Shown here piece by piece: positions 37,801 through 53,190 of a DNA stretch of 64,000 nucleotides. The notes beneath the pieces were generated by a model that saw nothing but the letters and a program-made list of their open reading frames with translations, was not told where the DNA came from and made no database searches. The position numbers were made by a program, and so were the translations under genes. Source of the DNA: Catajapyx aquilonaris (Eukaryota); the NCBI GenBank assembly GCA_000934665.2, contig KZ538023.1, positions 1-64,000 of the forward strand, read 5' to 3'. The stretch's first letter is position 1. The number at the start of each line of letters is the position of its first letter.

Positions 37801-40758
37801 GTTATGGCTGATCTGTTATTCTGGTCCCACAGCTCGGAGGCTGTTCCCCGATTAGTCTGGACCCAATAATAGACCCTTGAAGTGGGATATGAGCGGAAAA
37901 TAAGTTAAGGTTACCACTGCCCGTTGCCAGATCGAACTATCTGCTCCCAATGTAACACTCGGTTATGTTCTGACCTTGTCAAAAGTTGCTTTACATTCAG
38001 GGCACAAGGATGTGCTTGGCAGAAGTACAGTAAACACTGGATGTTTGTCCTCAGAGGGTAACAACTTTGTGTGTGGAGGTTACAAAGTCAGATATGCAAG
38101 AAATTACTGGTAGAGTGCCACAAAAAATTCCATTACACTCCCCACAATTTTTGTGTACACGGCTGCAAGGTAATGGACAGGGTGGGATGTACAGCTTAAT
38201 TTCAAGTGCCAGCTAACTCGGTGTGAATGCCCCGAGGTACGCAAGGGCAGAATATCCAGCGTTAGAAGCAGTGCCGCACAACCTTCTTTTTCCAGTAAAA
38301 TTTTTAATGTGTTGTTTAGCCTTCAGCTGATTTAGCATATTTTTGGGACTTCAAAGCCCTATGAGATTCATTACTCCAAAGTTGCATGTTACGTCTAATA
38401 AATTCATTGGAGCCTTGCATACGTTGTATTGTCATAAGCGGCAAGAACTGTTGAAATGTTTTGTCTGTGGTTTGATCTGTCGCATGTTCACGGATTATTT
38501 TGCAACAATGGTGACATTATTGTTTATTTTCATGCATTTGTGTATTTATTTAAATTTTTGTACCCTGTTTGGAAGCTGTTAGAATTTATGAGGATGGGCT
38601 ACAATTGTGTGGATTTTTTTTCTTCTTCAGATTATCCTACTCCTGAGAATATTTACCAACTTTAGTTTTGACCATTTTGAGGTGGAATTTAGGCAGTATA
38701 CTGGGCTTTTTTGACTGAATTTTTGCACAACTTTGCGTAACTTCGAGTTGTTACCCCCTCGTTTTCGGTCCGGATTATGTAGTTTTCATTATAAACCCTG
38801 TTTACGTAGACAGAAAGTTTCCGTCACTAAGGATAGGCAAAAAAGAAATCTCCAGGTGGTCTATTTCAAGAACTGAGCCCCAGTTCGAGAGAGGAAAAAG
38901 GTTGTAGAAAGAGGGATTTTGGGAATCCCTTTACCTCCCCTAGTCACATAAGAGTCGGCCGCCCATATATTTCTAAATATACGACCACAAAGAACAACTG
39001 AAGCATTAATTTTTTTTTTCGTTTCTGTCCGCCCTCGACTATACTTTATTTTCCCCCCCCACATCCTTGAAACAAAACTATATTTGGACTGTTCGCATCT
39101 TATATCCCATAAAGAAGGATACTGCGTTTCACATTGAGAAAAACCCGCCGCCGCCTCGAGAGGGGAAGGTGTAATAAGGGTGTACATCGTGGCAATTGCG
39201 CACCCAGTTTTTTGGCCCGCCACCTGCATTGTTGGGAAGCTTCCAGACCGTGTTGCCAAGAATGTAAGATCAAATTCAGGGGGTTCTGGTCGTATACAGA
39301 GGCACTTGACCTCTCTTCGTGACGTAAGTTACAGTCACCCGATTGTCCGCTTCATAGACGACAAAAAANNNNAAGGTGGGTGGGGAGGGAGGGGGGATCG
39401 GCAGCTTTGTAGGCACAGGATGGCCCACAATTAATGAGAAAAAGTTACGAATTGTTGAAGTCTGAACAGAGAGGTCATTTACACTCATGAATAAACAGAC
39501 TATCAGGCAATCAGTGCACAGTCAGTACACAATCAGTAGCCTCTACGAGCACAGTCAGTACTAGACCAGGTTATGCCGGTGTAAATAACTTCAGAAACTG
39601 TCATGTGCAGTACATTTTATGACGTACTAGTCCGACATATCCGCCCACTATTATTTTTTTTGTACAATTTTATGAATGAGGTTGCGTAATGTCATCGCTG
39701 CTGCGATTCAGCGTCATGAACAGTTTTGGCAAAATAATTTTTTTTGCGTACGACTGGACTTGGTCCAGGACAACACCCCAGGGTTGGCCAAAAATATGGC
39801 CCGTGGAAGGTCAGACACATCATGAAAATCCGCGGTCGCGGGTAATTTGCATCGTGTTATTTAGTGTAACCAAAAACACACTCACAGCTCGAGAATGAGA
39901 CACATTTCCTTCTTGTTCACATCGTCGAATGCGTCGTACAACTGGAGTAGTCTGGGATGCTGTAGGATCTTCATGATCGCAATCTCGCTTTCAACATCGG
40001 ACTTATCCTCCTTCCTGTTGCAGAGGATGAATTTGGCAGCCAGCTGCATCCCAGTCTTCTTCTCCTTGCATCGGTACACGGTACCGAACTTGCCCCTTTA
40101 AAAAAATAAACGGATTTTTTTTTTCGTGGAGGACTCAAATTGTGTGTGATAACGGTCGCACACATATAACAAGAAGCTGCATCCAGGGATTTCAGCATTA
40201 AAAATAGAGGGGGTACCACTTTTGTTTTAGGGAACGACTCAAGGTGAATCACGTGACTCATTTGCTTTACCTGCCCAACTCTTCCACCATGTCGTACAGG
40301 TCGCGGACTTTGACGTTTTTCTGTATGTTCACATCTCGAAATGTGAACTGCGGGTCCACCTCTGCGGGGGGAAAAAAAATTATGAAGAAATTAGACGAAA
40401 TGTGAAGAAAGAATTAATTGATTGCTACAGAGTTAATTTTTTCAGTATGATATGTAATGAGATGGTCAGTTGTGTCTCTTGACTGGCATTAATGTGTCTA
40501 GGTCCTCAGTTTAAGACCAATTCGCACACCAATCAAATTTTAGAAATTTCTTTGCAGTAATTAATGTCATTATCATTAGGGCACAAAGATTCAATGGATG
40601 GGTCAATTTTAAATGATCTTAATTTTTTGCATTATATGTAATTATCATTAGGGCACATATTTGGCATGTGGAGTCACAATTTTAAATGATCACAATTTTC
40701 TTCATGAAATCAAAATGGTCTTACCTCCCACTGGATCGCCTTCTTCCACCTTGATCAT
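31829..40758 (-). CDS. sqa: Myosin light chain kinase-like Ser/Thr kinase (Drosophila sqa-type), short isoform with calmodulin-binding tail, ~336 aa
   Basis: Exons 40758-40725, 40361-40271, 40095-39886, 37776-37635, 37326-37127, 36654-36502, 32009-31829. Motifs LGRGKFGTV, LAAK, GGELFERVID, HLDMKPEN, DFGLAR, FGTPEFVAPE, DMWSVGVI, LSGLSPF; tail TKKLKRYVIKRRWKKAVNTILALKRM. MLCK family is secure; the sqa symbol is from recall. Confidence 0.88.
32794..40758 (-). CDS. sqa: Long isoform of the same kinase using alternative terminal exon 34405-32794 (Ser/Pro/Asn-rich tail), ~813 aa
   Basis: Acceptor TTTTCAG|C at 34405 is phase-compatible with donor AA|GTAAGT at 36502; the exon begins HRLSASQCLAHPWL (kinase subdomain XI end) and stays open for 1612 nt. 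Confidence 0.8.
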
Positions 40759-43197
40759 GTTGATGTCTGAATGAAAAACCTAGTAAGTTAAATCTGAGTT
40801 CAAATTAACTTCCGGATATAAACTCACCGGTTTTGAGCAAAACCAACTCAACAAGTTTGCTTCACCACACGTTTGGCTTACACTCTCTCTCCTTCAAAGA
40901 CGACTCACAGAATGGCTTGTATCTTTTTTGGGGATGGTAGTTATGTTAGGGGGGGTTGGTCCCTCCAGGGGAGGCAGCCAAGAAGGGGTTTGAGGGAGGG
41001 GGTGTCTCCCCAGATGAATGGAGAGGTGCTGGCCAAAAATTTTTCTTAGGAGCGTCAGTGGCTTTCCGGTGTTTCGCATTTGGCGGGTGTTCATCAGCAA
41101 CACATGTGGCTGCTGTTGGGGAGAGAAAAAATAATTATTGCTGCAATTCACGATTTGGCAGAGGTGTTGATACCTTGCGACATTATTCGCGAATTTGGTG
41201 GTGTTGACAAAAAATCTTGCTGTGTTTGCTTCCTTCCCGGATTTCCGACGCAGAAAAAAATAAATATCCGGCGGAAATTATGAGCCATGCTGAAAATATA
41301 TGGGCGAATGGTACAGCGCAAAATTCTCCAATGAAGCAACTGGTGCCAAAATTACTTTATTCTTGGTCATATCCGGCGGCGGAGACATCTGTTCAAAAAA
41401 AATAAACCATGTGACGTCACACATGACGCCAGGAATTTGCTTTAGAAAATAATTGTTATGGTTAGGTGTTTATATTGCGTTTTATATTGTAGGGTTGGAG
41501 GGGTCTTAACTCGAATTAATGGTATTTTATTTTATTTATTCAATTTTATTTTTATTAGGCAATTTATTAGACATTTTAGTCAAATAATACAGAAGCCCTC
41601 AATAATGATTATGCTAATAATTAATTAATATTGAATAATAATTCAATATTAATATTTGTCAAGTGTTGAAGATATTGATACGCACACACACACACTCCAA
41701 CCTTATTTTATACCAATCTAGAATATGAACCACTTTCTTGATTGAGATATTATTTTCAAGTATAATATTTTTCATCATGATTCATATGTGTGCATTCCTT
41801 CCAACTGTGGACTTGTTTGGGAAGCACCCTTAATTTTTACACATGTGCACATGAAGAATGCACCTCACGCCACCCTTCAGCTTGCCGAGGAATTTCAAAC
41901 GGGCAGTGTAATCCATATGCGATGGGCATTATTCCAAAGCTTATGAAATCCAGGTGTCAACAATCACGAATACTCGTCGCATTTGCAAGGTGTTGTAAGT
42001 AAGCGCCAAAAAATGTCTGGGTGGGCAGGAGGTGGGTAGTAAACTGGTACTACCCAAAGGCGTAGAAGAAAATGTTGAAACCATGCTGCGAAGAGGATGG
42101 GGAGGTTATTTACTTCCCTTTTTTTTCTCATGTTGCAGATGTGTGGCATCACTGGTTGGAGACTGATGGATCTGCACTATTTTACTCCTTGCACTTGTTC
42201 TGCCCCCGGACTTACGACAACAAAGGATTCTTGAAGCCGTGCCAATCCCAGCTCAGGTGCTGATTGGCAGAATTGTGTCAGGACCATTATTTTCTGGTAC
42301 TTGGATGTCCCATTTGTTACATTGATAATAAACGTGGCAGCATTGTCTCTGGAAGGCAGACACCCTTGGCACACAGCTACTGACTTTTTGGCCCACCCTG
42401 GCCCCCTCCCTCCCGCCAAAAACCTTCCCAACCCAATTCCTCTGCCAAGCTCAAATGCTCAATTTGGAAAGGCATGTTTTCTGGGCAAGTCACGTGACCT
42501 CTGACTATAAAAGTTTCTCACACTAGACTTCCGGTGTTTTATGATCATAACTCATCATATACATTTTTGCATTGCGTTCGGGTTAGGAAAGCTAACAATA
42601 AATTAGCACACTTATCACCCAACATGGGCTTTCGGCTGAGTAGGCCTACGAGTAGTAAAATCGTAATGGGAACACCTTAAATATTCGTACCATTGTCTCA
42701 TGCGACAAATACTGAGCATGTTTGCTTGGAGTGTTTCAGTAGATGTACAGGAGCATATTGTAGTGCAAAAATGACCTATTAGCAATTAGTACCTCTTCGA
42801 TGCATTGTTTTTCTGTTGGCAGGACAAAATCCTCTCAATTTGGTCTTCATCTGTCCAACGTCAGCCTAACATTAAAATGGATGAAGATGCTGTAAAACTT
42901 ATGTACGAGTAATATATAATCGGGATTTATCAGAAAGTTGTCTATGCCAGAATTTTACATGTTCAGTGCGTTTTGGAAACTTGTTCAGAGCACATTCTGA
43001 ATTACTGTGTGATAGCATCCGTCCCCTGTTTCTGTGATGTGACATGTCACACTGGAACATTTCATCAAAATTGCGTCATTGTGTCAAGCTTCCACGTGAG
43101 GGTCTGTCCTGAACTAGCGTAACCAGAATTTTGGGATTTCGTAATTCACTAGGAGACAACAGTAGCTTTTTTATGGAATTCAGATGTGTTCTACTAA

Positions 43198-43410
43198 AAG
43201 CCGGTATCCACGTTGGAGTTTCTCTCATAAGAGTCCTCTTACGCGAGAAATCTTGTACGTCGAGACGGACTCTTTGACGCCTCAGGGCCCCTCTTGTCCC
43301 TCTAAAAGGGGATTAAAGTTGAAAATTTTCAACTTTTCCTCTTTCCTCGTATCCGGGCATGCGCAGTTGGCTCCTCTTATGAGAGAAAACTCTTACGTCG
43401 GTACCGGCTT
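43198..43410. mobile_element. MITE with ~35-bp imperfect TIRs and TAA target duplication (PIF/Harbinger-like)
   Basis: TAA|AAGCCGGTATCCACGTTGGAGTTTCTCTCATAAGAG ... CTCTTATGAGAGAAAACTCTTACGTCGGTACCGGCTT|TAA. Confidence 0.75.
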
Positions 43411-43719
43411 TAAGATCAAAGAAACCACTCGGATCTGTGCAGCGTTAGATTTTTCCAACGATTTTTCTCAATGGCTGGGACCTGTTATTTGCAAAATCTA
43501 AGCTTACTAAGGATAATAGCTGGTCTACACGAGGATCTAAAAATGACAAGCATGCGATAACAATAAAGCACACCTTGGTACCTGGATAATTATGGCAATG
43601 TGATTGTGTAAAGAGTATGACTGGCCATCACAGTATTGTCACAATATTTGCAGGGCAACGACCTTTCAACAATAGATTAATAGTGTACATTGTTTTTGTT
43701 GCGCTTTTCTTTGCCCATC

Positions 43720-43777
43720 GGATTATCCAACAATGGCCCAGTCCTGTGGGCGATGGATAATAATCGGGGTTCTACTG
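43720..43777. mobile_element. Fragment (right end) of the TA-flanked MITE family seen at 30670-30992
   Basis: GGATAATAATCGGGGTTCTACTG|TA matches the terminal repeat CAGTAGAACCC. Confidence 0.5.
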
Positions 43778-44185
43778 TATGTGCTTACATAATGTTCGCT
43801 GTGACCTTCGCTCGTTGTTATTTGAATGATCCTTATGCTACATCCCAGCAGTGATCATCGGCATAATTTTAAAGCAACTACATATGGCACAATGGGCTAA
43901 TGGCAGTTACACAAAATGAGCATCAGTCATTCAAATTCAGCTTCATATAATTACTTGGTACCGTTTCATTACACTCTAGACTGGCCAACTTTATAGCTCC
44001 TGCCATCCATGTTTATCACAACTCGAACCAGAAACAGTTTAGCTCACATTAATAGGAAATTACACCCAAAATTAATCCAAATGCAATTGGGCAAATATAA
44101 AAATAATTTCTTTTAAGCCATGGACCCACTTGGTTTTTATTTTTCGCACATTTTATTGCCAGGTCATTACGATATAAAATTTCGT

Positions 44186-45048
<863 letters not shown>

Positions 45049-45248
45049 CTGTCCAATAATTGACACACACATTAATAATTTCATAATTAATAAATGAAAT
45101 TGTAATAAATAATGGAACACCAAATAGGGCTAGGCCTAGTCCAACTTTTTCCTCTTATTACGCCATATGTGCCCGCCCATATGCAACCCAGCCCTTGGTT
45201 TCTGCCCTGGGCCTGCCCCTAGCTTCAAACCACGCCCCTGGGGCTTAC

Positions 45249-45295
45249 CTTGTGCTGAAACCCGGGGCAAAAACTTGTTCCAAATGAAAGAGAAC
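45249..45295 (-). promoter_or_regulatory. RpS16 non-coding first exon starting at a TCT/5'TOP-like pyrimidine initiator
   Basis: Minus strand GTTCTCTTTCATTT around 45290, followed by donor AAG|GTAAGC at 45249; TCT initiators are typical of ribosomal protein genes. Confidence 0.6.
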
Positions 45296-45636
45296 AGACC
45301 ACGCCAGCAACAGACCAACACCGGAAGTGGAAACAGCGCCGGATGAACCAAAGCGGCCGGCCGGTTAACTACACATTTAAATAAATAATTTAAACCCAAT
45401 TTTATATTTCAAAATATTTATTATACTGTACTGTACACTTATAATAATAATTTTAGTTAGCAAATTGTTAATAGGTGTATCTGGCAACATGGTGTTCTTT
45501 ATGCGAAAAAGGCGCAAAACAACGGACAACGTTCGACAGTACTGAAGGAAAAGTACTGAGGTTCAGGTGAGGTCAACTACATTTCCACAATTATCCTGCT
45601 AATATTTATGCTCAGTATTTGAAACATTAACTTTAA

Positions 45637-46792
<1,156 letters not shown>

Positions 46793-47794
46793 AAAAAGGG
46801 TGAGTTTGAAAGGATACAATAACTCGGAGAAAGAAAAAAAAATTTGAGGTTTATTTCACGTCCACTGCCAAACAGATAGGTCATGTGAATGCTTTCACAT
46901 ACTCTATATTTGGAGATAAGATTTTACAGGAACCAAAAAGATGTTGCAACAATATAAACCAACATATGCAAAGGATAAAATCTGTAAGTGTACCACAGTA
47001 TTAGTTATGTGGATCTAATGTATGTATACTCACTTTTTTTTTGTGTTGTGTCTTAAACTCATACCAGTCTTGTACCTTTTTAAATTACATCCTTAAATGG
47101 CCACATAGCATTTTTTTTTTTCTTCTTTACCTTACATTCAAACCCTTCAAATTACAATATTATGCAGAATTATTGTACTACAGAAGTAATCTTGTTTTGT
47201 TCCTCTTTTTTTTTTTCCAACCCTACACTTGTACAGTAGCAAAGTTTTCTACAAAAATAACCAGCAGGTTAATTAAGCCAAAAAGACAAAGATAGTGGTC
47301 CTTAAGTGACAACCTTGAAATAATGCAACCAACATTGTGAATAAATGAACATAGTGTAGTGGTAAAAATTAACCCCTATGTTTCTTTTTTTTTACCTCTT
47401 TCCTTTCTAATTAAGGCGAACAGCACTTAAAAACCTTTTATCGATTAATTGATTGATGAATTATGTACACACGCATTGATGTTTTTTCTTTTCTGTTTTT
47501 TTCCTTTTCTCCCTTCGGAAAAAAATTTAATGCAGGAAGCATCATTATTGTTGCCGGTTTTTGACAATGATGATCAACATGCGCTCGCCACTGACATTCC
47601 CTCAGTATAAACAAAGTTAGGCGCTGGAATACCTGTGCTTAATCATTACATTTTTTTACTTTCTTCTTCCATATCATTTGTAAGTACAGATCACAAAATC
47701 AAAAACAAAGAAAAACAACTCTTTACGTATTCCAAGACCTCATATCGCACCCATAACAGTAGAACAATTACTCCATGTGATTTTTGCACTTACA

Positions 47795-50187
47795 CTAGCA
47801 CATTGGCGAGTCTCCCTGAGCTTCCTCCAATTCCTGCGGACAGAGAAAAATCATTCAGTGTCACATGAAATGGAAATTACTGTCATGAAATCCATACGTA
47901 GAAAGTGCAGCACCATTAAAAAATATTAACTGCTTGAGCATTCAGCATGATGAAGCTACGTCACAATGAATTTAACGCAAAATCTGTTAAATGGTACAGT
48001 AGTGACTAAAAATTGCCTTACCGGTACAAGCCGGCTGACCTCTGTGGAAGGTGGTGATGGGGATGGGTTACTAAATAGTGGCGGACTGGCTGCAAAGGTA
48101 GCAAAAGGGTTCTGGGCCACCAGAGTCGCCTCTGCATTTCCCCCTGCAGACAAGGGCCGCACAGGTGACCCCAGGTCGTTGAGCTGGGCCAGCTGCTGGG
48201 TCAAGGAGAGGGTACCTCCTTCTTCCACCACCACTATCACCCAGATTATCTCTGAAAGAGGGACGAGATTCAGATCAGAACCTGGTGTCGCAAAACTATA
48301 CAACGATTTCCTTGACTGGAAGTAGTGCTCGTTTTTTTGGCAGGTAAAGATTAAACACAGACATACATTTTGAAGGACACGTTGGGTTTTAAAAAGTTGA
48401 ACATTTGAGACAGCAATTCCTTACCTCCAAAAAAGCTCCCGGTAGCAGTCGACATCCTCCACTTGCTCTGGTAGGTTCCTGGCTGCATGGGAGACAACAT
48501 ATCCACGGCCAGAGTGGTCACTTGCCCTGGCTGCAGGGGGTCAACCACCACTCGCTCAGACTCACACAACCGATGGCCCTGGGTATACCTCAGGCAGCAT
48601 CCAGGAGGCCAGGCCTCGTCTCCCGAGTTCATTATGTGCCATGTCTTGGTGAACCTGCCAAGCAATAAACATTGATGACCTAGCCAGATTCAACCTAGAC
48701 GTGCAAGTTACAATGTCATCAATTATCGCAGAAATGCATTGTGTACCACATGCTAGCAATTTTAATAATTAGCAGTATTGATTGATAGCAACAGCTGAAT
48801 GCAACTGTTCACAATGTACCCCAATTTATTTTGTAACGTGTCCTTGAGAGGTTCATGACTCATTCACTTAATTACAGTTTGCAAGAAGTAGGCATGAAGA
48901 TTTTTTTACTTTGTTCCTGGGGACACGCTCTCTCCTTCTCCAATCGTCGCGTCCTTGATGAAGGTCATGGAGGGCAATTTGTTGGGGCACTCAAAGTCAA
49001 AGTAGGAGCAGACAGCAGCTTGTAGATTCCTGAAAATAGCAATAATTAACAATTAAGTTTATAGCCTACACATCCTTATCTTACAAAAATAATCCTAGAT
49101 GAAAAATACACATTTCGGTAATGATTAAATAGGGTTAAGCCTTGAACCGCTCTCATTATTATCTGCAGTAGGCCTACCCAAAAAAGTGCAGTCTACAAAA
49201 ACATATGTTGGACCTAATTACTGCTCACAACAGGTAACTTCCTCGCCACATTCAGTCTGTGCACGTTGAACACAGTAGTGTTACAGTGTTGCACATTAAT
49301 CTAGTCATACTGCTAGCGACATTTTCCAAAGTGGCAGAAGAACGAATCGAAGCAATGGATAGTGCAAGCCGTGCGAGTAAGATTCGTTCTTCTGCTGAAA
49401 TGTCGCTAGTAGTATTACTCGATTAATGTCCAACACTGTACAACTGTTAGCAGTTTAACGAGCACAAGCCAAACCTTTAATTTTTTAACGAACGTAAAAG
49501 CAACAAGTTTCCATTAACCTCCCCAGGCAGGTAAATAACCATACTTTGCTTGACATTAGGTCAGAATAGGTTTTCGGAGGAAACTCACAAACCTGAAGAC
49601 CGGGTCCACATTACGTGACTGTCATAAGAGATAAGCATCAGCATTTTTATTGGCAAAGTAGCGCAACTTAAAATAACCTAACCGTGCATATTACCGAGCT
49701 TAGTCCAATTGGTAGGCAGACCGCCAGAGTTACCTAAGTCGAGATAAAACGCTCCAGCAAGCAGCCAATGTGGCATCGCACATATTTTAACATCTAATTA
49801 GTACCTGTGCACTTACTTTTTACGTCATGATATAAACTGAAGCATAACCTACATTCGATATTAACAAATATTTCTGCTTGCACCTGTGATGCATCCTCCA
49901 TTTGTACCTCATTGCATCTCTTATTGCCACTAATGGGCGACACGGTGGCCGAGTGGTTAGCGCCGCAGCCTTCCACCTCTAAGGTCCCGAGTTCTATCCC
50001 CGGGTCGGACGGAGGATACTTATGTGGATAGAGTTTCGATGGGTTCTCTCCGTGTTCGCGTGGGTTTTCTCGGGGTTCTCCCGTTTCCTCCCACTATCAA
50101 AATCCATCACATTTCAGGCAAATGATTAAAGTCGGGTTTTCAAAAGATGATCCCCTAAGAGGCCCAAGGGGCCTATCATGGGGTATC

Positions 50188-50236
<49 letters not shown>

Positions 50237-50777
50237 GCCACTAATAGAATGAGCATTTTTACTGGCGGCAGTGAAGCAAGGTGCATTTACGTTATGTAGG
50301 AAGGATTCACACACAAATACACGTACATGTCTGATCGCCTTATTTGCTCTGCATCTTTTCGCTAGGCTGTTTCACAAATTTGGCAGGCAAGCGAGGGGGA
50401 ATTCAGTGGTGGGGCACACACTGAATCGCTGTAATCGGGAGTACATTTCCCTCCACTTGCTCCGCCAAAGTTGTGAAACAGCATATCTAGACAACATGAT
50501 TCTAAACTTTGTCTTGGTAGCCACGGCTGATTGTCGTACGTACATGTCGCTTCATGAGCAACAGCCTATTCCTTTTTTTTCTTTAAACCCCTGATTATTT
50601 CCTCCGTTCCGTGCGTCCGTACCAGTTGTTCATATCCAGGAAGAACGTGGCTGCAGTCTCGTTGACGTGGTTCCCAACCACCTTCTGCAGCTGGGTGACC
50701 AAAACTTCTCTGTCTGTGGTCCCCATGCAGCTGAACTGCTGCAGCAGACCCTGGTCAATGTCGTTGTCGATCTCCAT
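47795..50777 (-). CDS. ILRUN: ILRUN / C6orf106 homolog (UBA-like plus NBR1-like FW domain), 5 exons, ~257 aa
   Basis: Exons 50777-50623, 49029-48910, 48654-48425, 48251-48022 (or an in-frame donor at 48040), 47833-47795; LLQQFSCMGTTDRE, FFLDMNNWNLQAAVCSYFD, TIGEGESV.P.TKFTKTW.I.NSG.EAWP, GTYQSKWRMST.TGSFFGE.IWVI. Confidence 0.93.
49284..49438. mobile_element. 155-bp palindromic MITE-like element in ILRUN intron 1
   Basis: TA|CAGTGTTGCACATTAATCTAGTCATACTGCTAGCGACATTT...GCAGAAGAACGAATC pairs with GATTCGTTCTTCTGC..AAATGTCGCTAGTAGTATTACTCGATTAATGTCCAACACTG|TA. Confidence 0.75.
49935..50231 (+). mobile_element. tRNA-derived SINE with (ATT)n tail, copy 2, with 14-bp target site duplication
   Basis: A box TGGCCGAGTGG, B box GAGTTCTATCC; TTATTGCCACTAAT at 49921-49934 and 50232-50245 flanks the element. 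Confidence 0.9.
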
Positions 50778-50999
50778 CTCCTTCCTTCCAGCCCTCCCTC
50801 CAAAAACCCCCTGCCTTCTTCTTCGCCTACCCGCCTTTCCCCCACCTTTTGCTGCCTACAAATCCAACCAACTTTTGACCCCGTCTGCCTCTGGTTGGAA
50901 AACAATTTCGGAATATGAAACCCTAGTTGAAATGACGAATCGACACCATTACGGTTTATTCCAGGAACACAAATCGCATCGCCGCTACTCAAAGCCACT

Positions 51000-51347
51000 C
51001 GCCGCTACCCCAATCGCCGCTTACAATCGGCGTTCAATCCCATCTACATCGCAAATCGCGCTTTACTGACTCCAAGCAATGGAGCAATGGATATCACACG
51101 GCTCGTCAATTCATAGCGCACGCATCCGTCCACTAGTACCATCCGGCCAATCAGCATATCCGTGCGCAACTTGTAGCACCGTGTAGTGACGCCATCTGAT
51201 TGGTCCGTCTCACTCATTTTTCTTTCTTTCATTTTTTTTTCTAGGCAGCGCCATTTTGAGTCAGAATTTTGAAGCGGTCGGTTCGAACTTGAGTGGTTCT
51301 GAAGAACAGCTAGGGTTCCAACGAGGATTTTTTTTTTAAAGTCTGAG
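51000..51347. promoter_or_regulatory. Putative bidirectional promoter between ILRUN (-) and the forkhead gene (+)
   Basis: CCAAT boxes (~51148, and reverse at ~51199), YY1-like GCCATTTT (~51250), CHR-like TTTGAA (51268-51273) and TTCGAA (51282-51287), + strand donor GAG|GTAGG at 51347. Confidence 0.5.
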
Positions 51348-52275
51348 GTAGGCTACAATATGGGTGTGTGTGTGTGTGCCTAGGTTTCATTCGTGGCTGG
51401 GGAATATGGACGGTGGGCCGGTAGCAGGAGGGAAAGGTCGGGAATCAAAAATTCGCGAAATTTTGAACACCGGAACACAAGAACGCTATAGAGCGAGAGA
51501 ACCCATTTCAATAACAACACTGGCATATCAGATGGCAAGGTTTGTGGTTAAAATAAAGTTGAAATTGAAACTTATTGAAGCATTGAACACACTTATAGGG
51601 TTCAATGCCCTCTAGTTCATGTCAAAGGCTCACCCGTTCTGAACATTCTAATTGTACCGATATTGCTTTAATTAAAAACCAGTGCTTCTGAAACAATGTT
51701 CGCCCCATTCGAACTTTAGAACTGCTCAGATAACTTTAGAACTGGCTCAATTCTGGTGGCACCCTTGTAATTCGTTCTGAAATAAGCCACGCTGCCATTG
51801 TTGCATGACCGATTGTTACCGTATTCACTTCCGCATACATTACCTTGCGATTGTCGTCCCGTGCGATGAACGTGTTGCTTGTTACGCATCTACCGACCTA
51901 CTAACAAAAAGTAATAACAAGTGCAATTATTCCTAATATGTACAAAAAAAAAAAAGAGGCATGCTCCGTGTGGGTCATTTAAAAAAGAACCGGTTGCCAT
52001 GAAAACGAGTGACGTAAGCCATGACGACCCAAACTTTGTTTAGATCGCGGGGATTGGTCCGAATAAGGTCCGAAAATCCTCGTAGCAGGGTCCTAAGTCC
52101 AATATTCCACCTTCCAGTGCGCGATATTCAGTTTGATCTGAGGTGCAGCTAAGGGGGTGAAAAAAACAGAAGGTTTTCATATAAGATCTCAACCTATATT
52201 TTTTCCCCCTCCGTTTCCTCCCCCCCTGTGGTGATATAGTCCTATATGATGATTGCGGTCGGACAGAGGCCTCGA

Positions 52276-53157
52276 ATGGCCACCAGGAGTCTGGCCAGGG
52301 CTTCCAATCTGAGGAGGAGGCTCTTCCATGAAGGTGGAGACAAGGAGAACTCAAGGGTCGGCGAGCCAGGTAAGGTCACACGAATATTGCCAATTGTTCT
52401 GGAAGTCACTCTTCGATGGAACTATATATTGGTTGCTGTCGTGTCACATATATAGGTCTGGGGCGTGCTTCACATGCGCAGTGTCTGTAAATGGCGATAG
52501 TAAACAACTGGAGTTGTTGAGACACTTCTTGAGCAGATGTTGAACAGGTCATTTTACCGTGGGGGGGGAATGGAGGCAGGTGACCAGTCGGGCACTCAAC
52601 CAGAGCAAAAATTAAACTGGTCCATGTTGCGTTGTGTTGCTTTGTTGGATCAGGTGTGAGCACCACCTGGTCCATCCTGTTAATTAGCATGTGCATAATT
52701 GTATAGTATTCTCTGACATTTTCTAAAAAAAATACAAGTCCCATGAATACATTTCACAGCCATTTGTGCCACTTTTCTTTTCAATGTCTTTGGCCGGTTT
52801 CAATTATTGAAATCCTCCGATCAATTATTTCACGGTTGCAGCCCCTAAAAAGCCCATGCCTGAACCGAGCCAGCCACCTTCTTCCGCGGACGTCAGCAGG
52901 TGCGAGATAATCATCCTGCAGTCGGCGACCAATGGCGAGGTGACGGCCGAGCTGAAGCCGGTGGTGGAGGAGGCGCCTCCGACGGAGAAGAAACCCGTCG
53001 TCGTTGTGGCCTCCAGCAGCAGCAGCAGCGGGGTACCTCAGCGCCCAGTACGGCAGCTGAGAGTGATCAGCCAGAAGGTGGGCATCAACTGGAAGGAGGA
53101 GATGGCCAAGCCGAAGAACAGGCGCTACGTCAGCAAGAACTACCAATGGGAAGATGT

Positions 53158-53190
<33 letters not shown>

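Noticed and set aside
51635..51760. GAA/TTC-rich stretch as a heat-shock element
   Set aside because: Spacing does not fit three contiguous inverted nGAAn units; it is a short local duplication (AACTTTAGAACTG x2).
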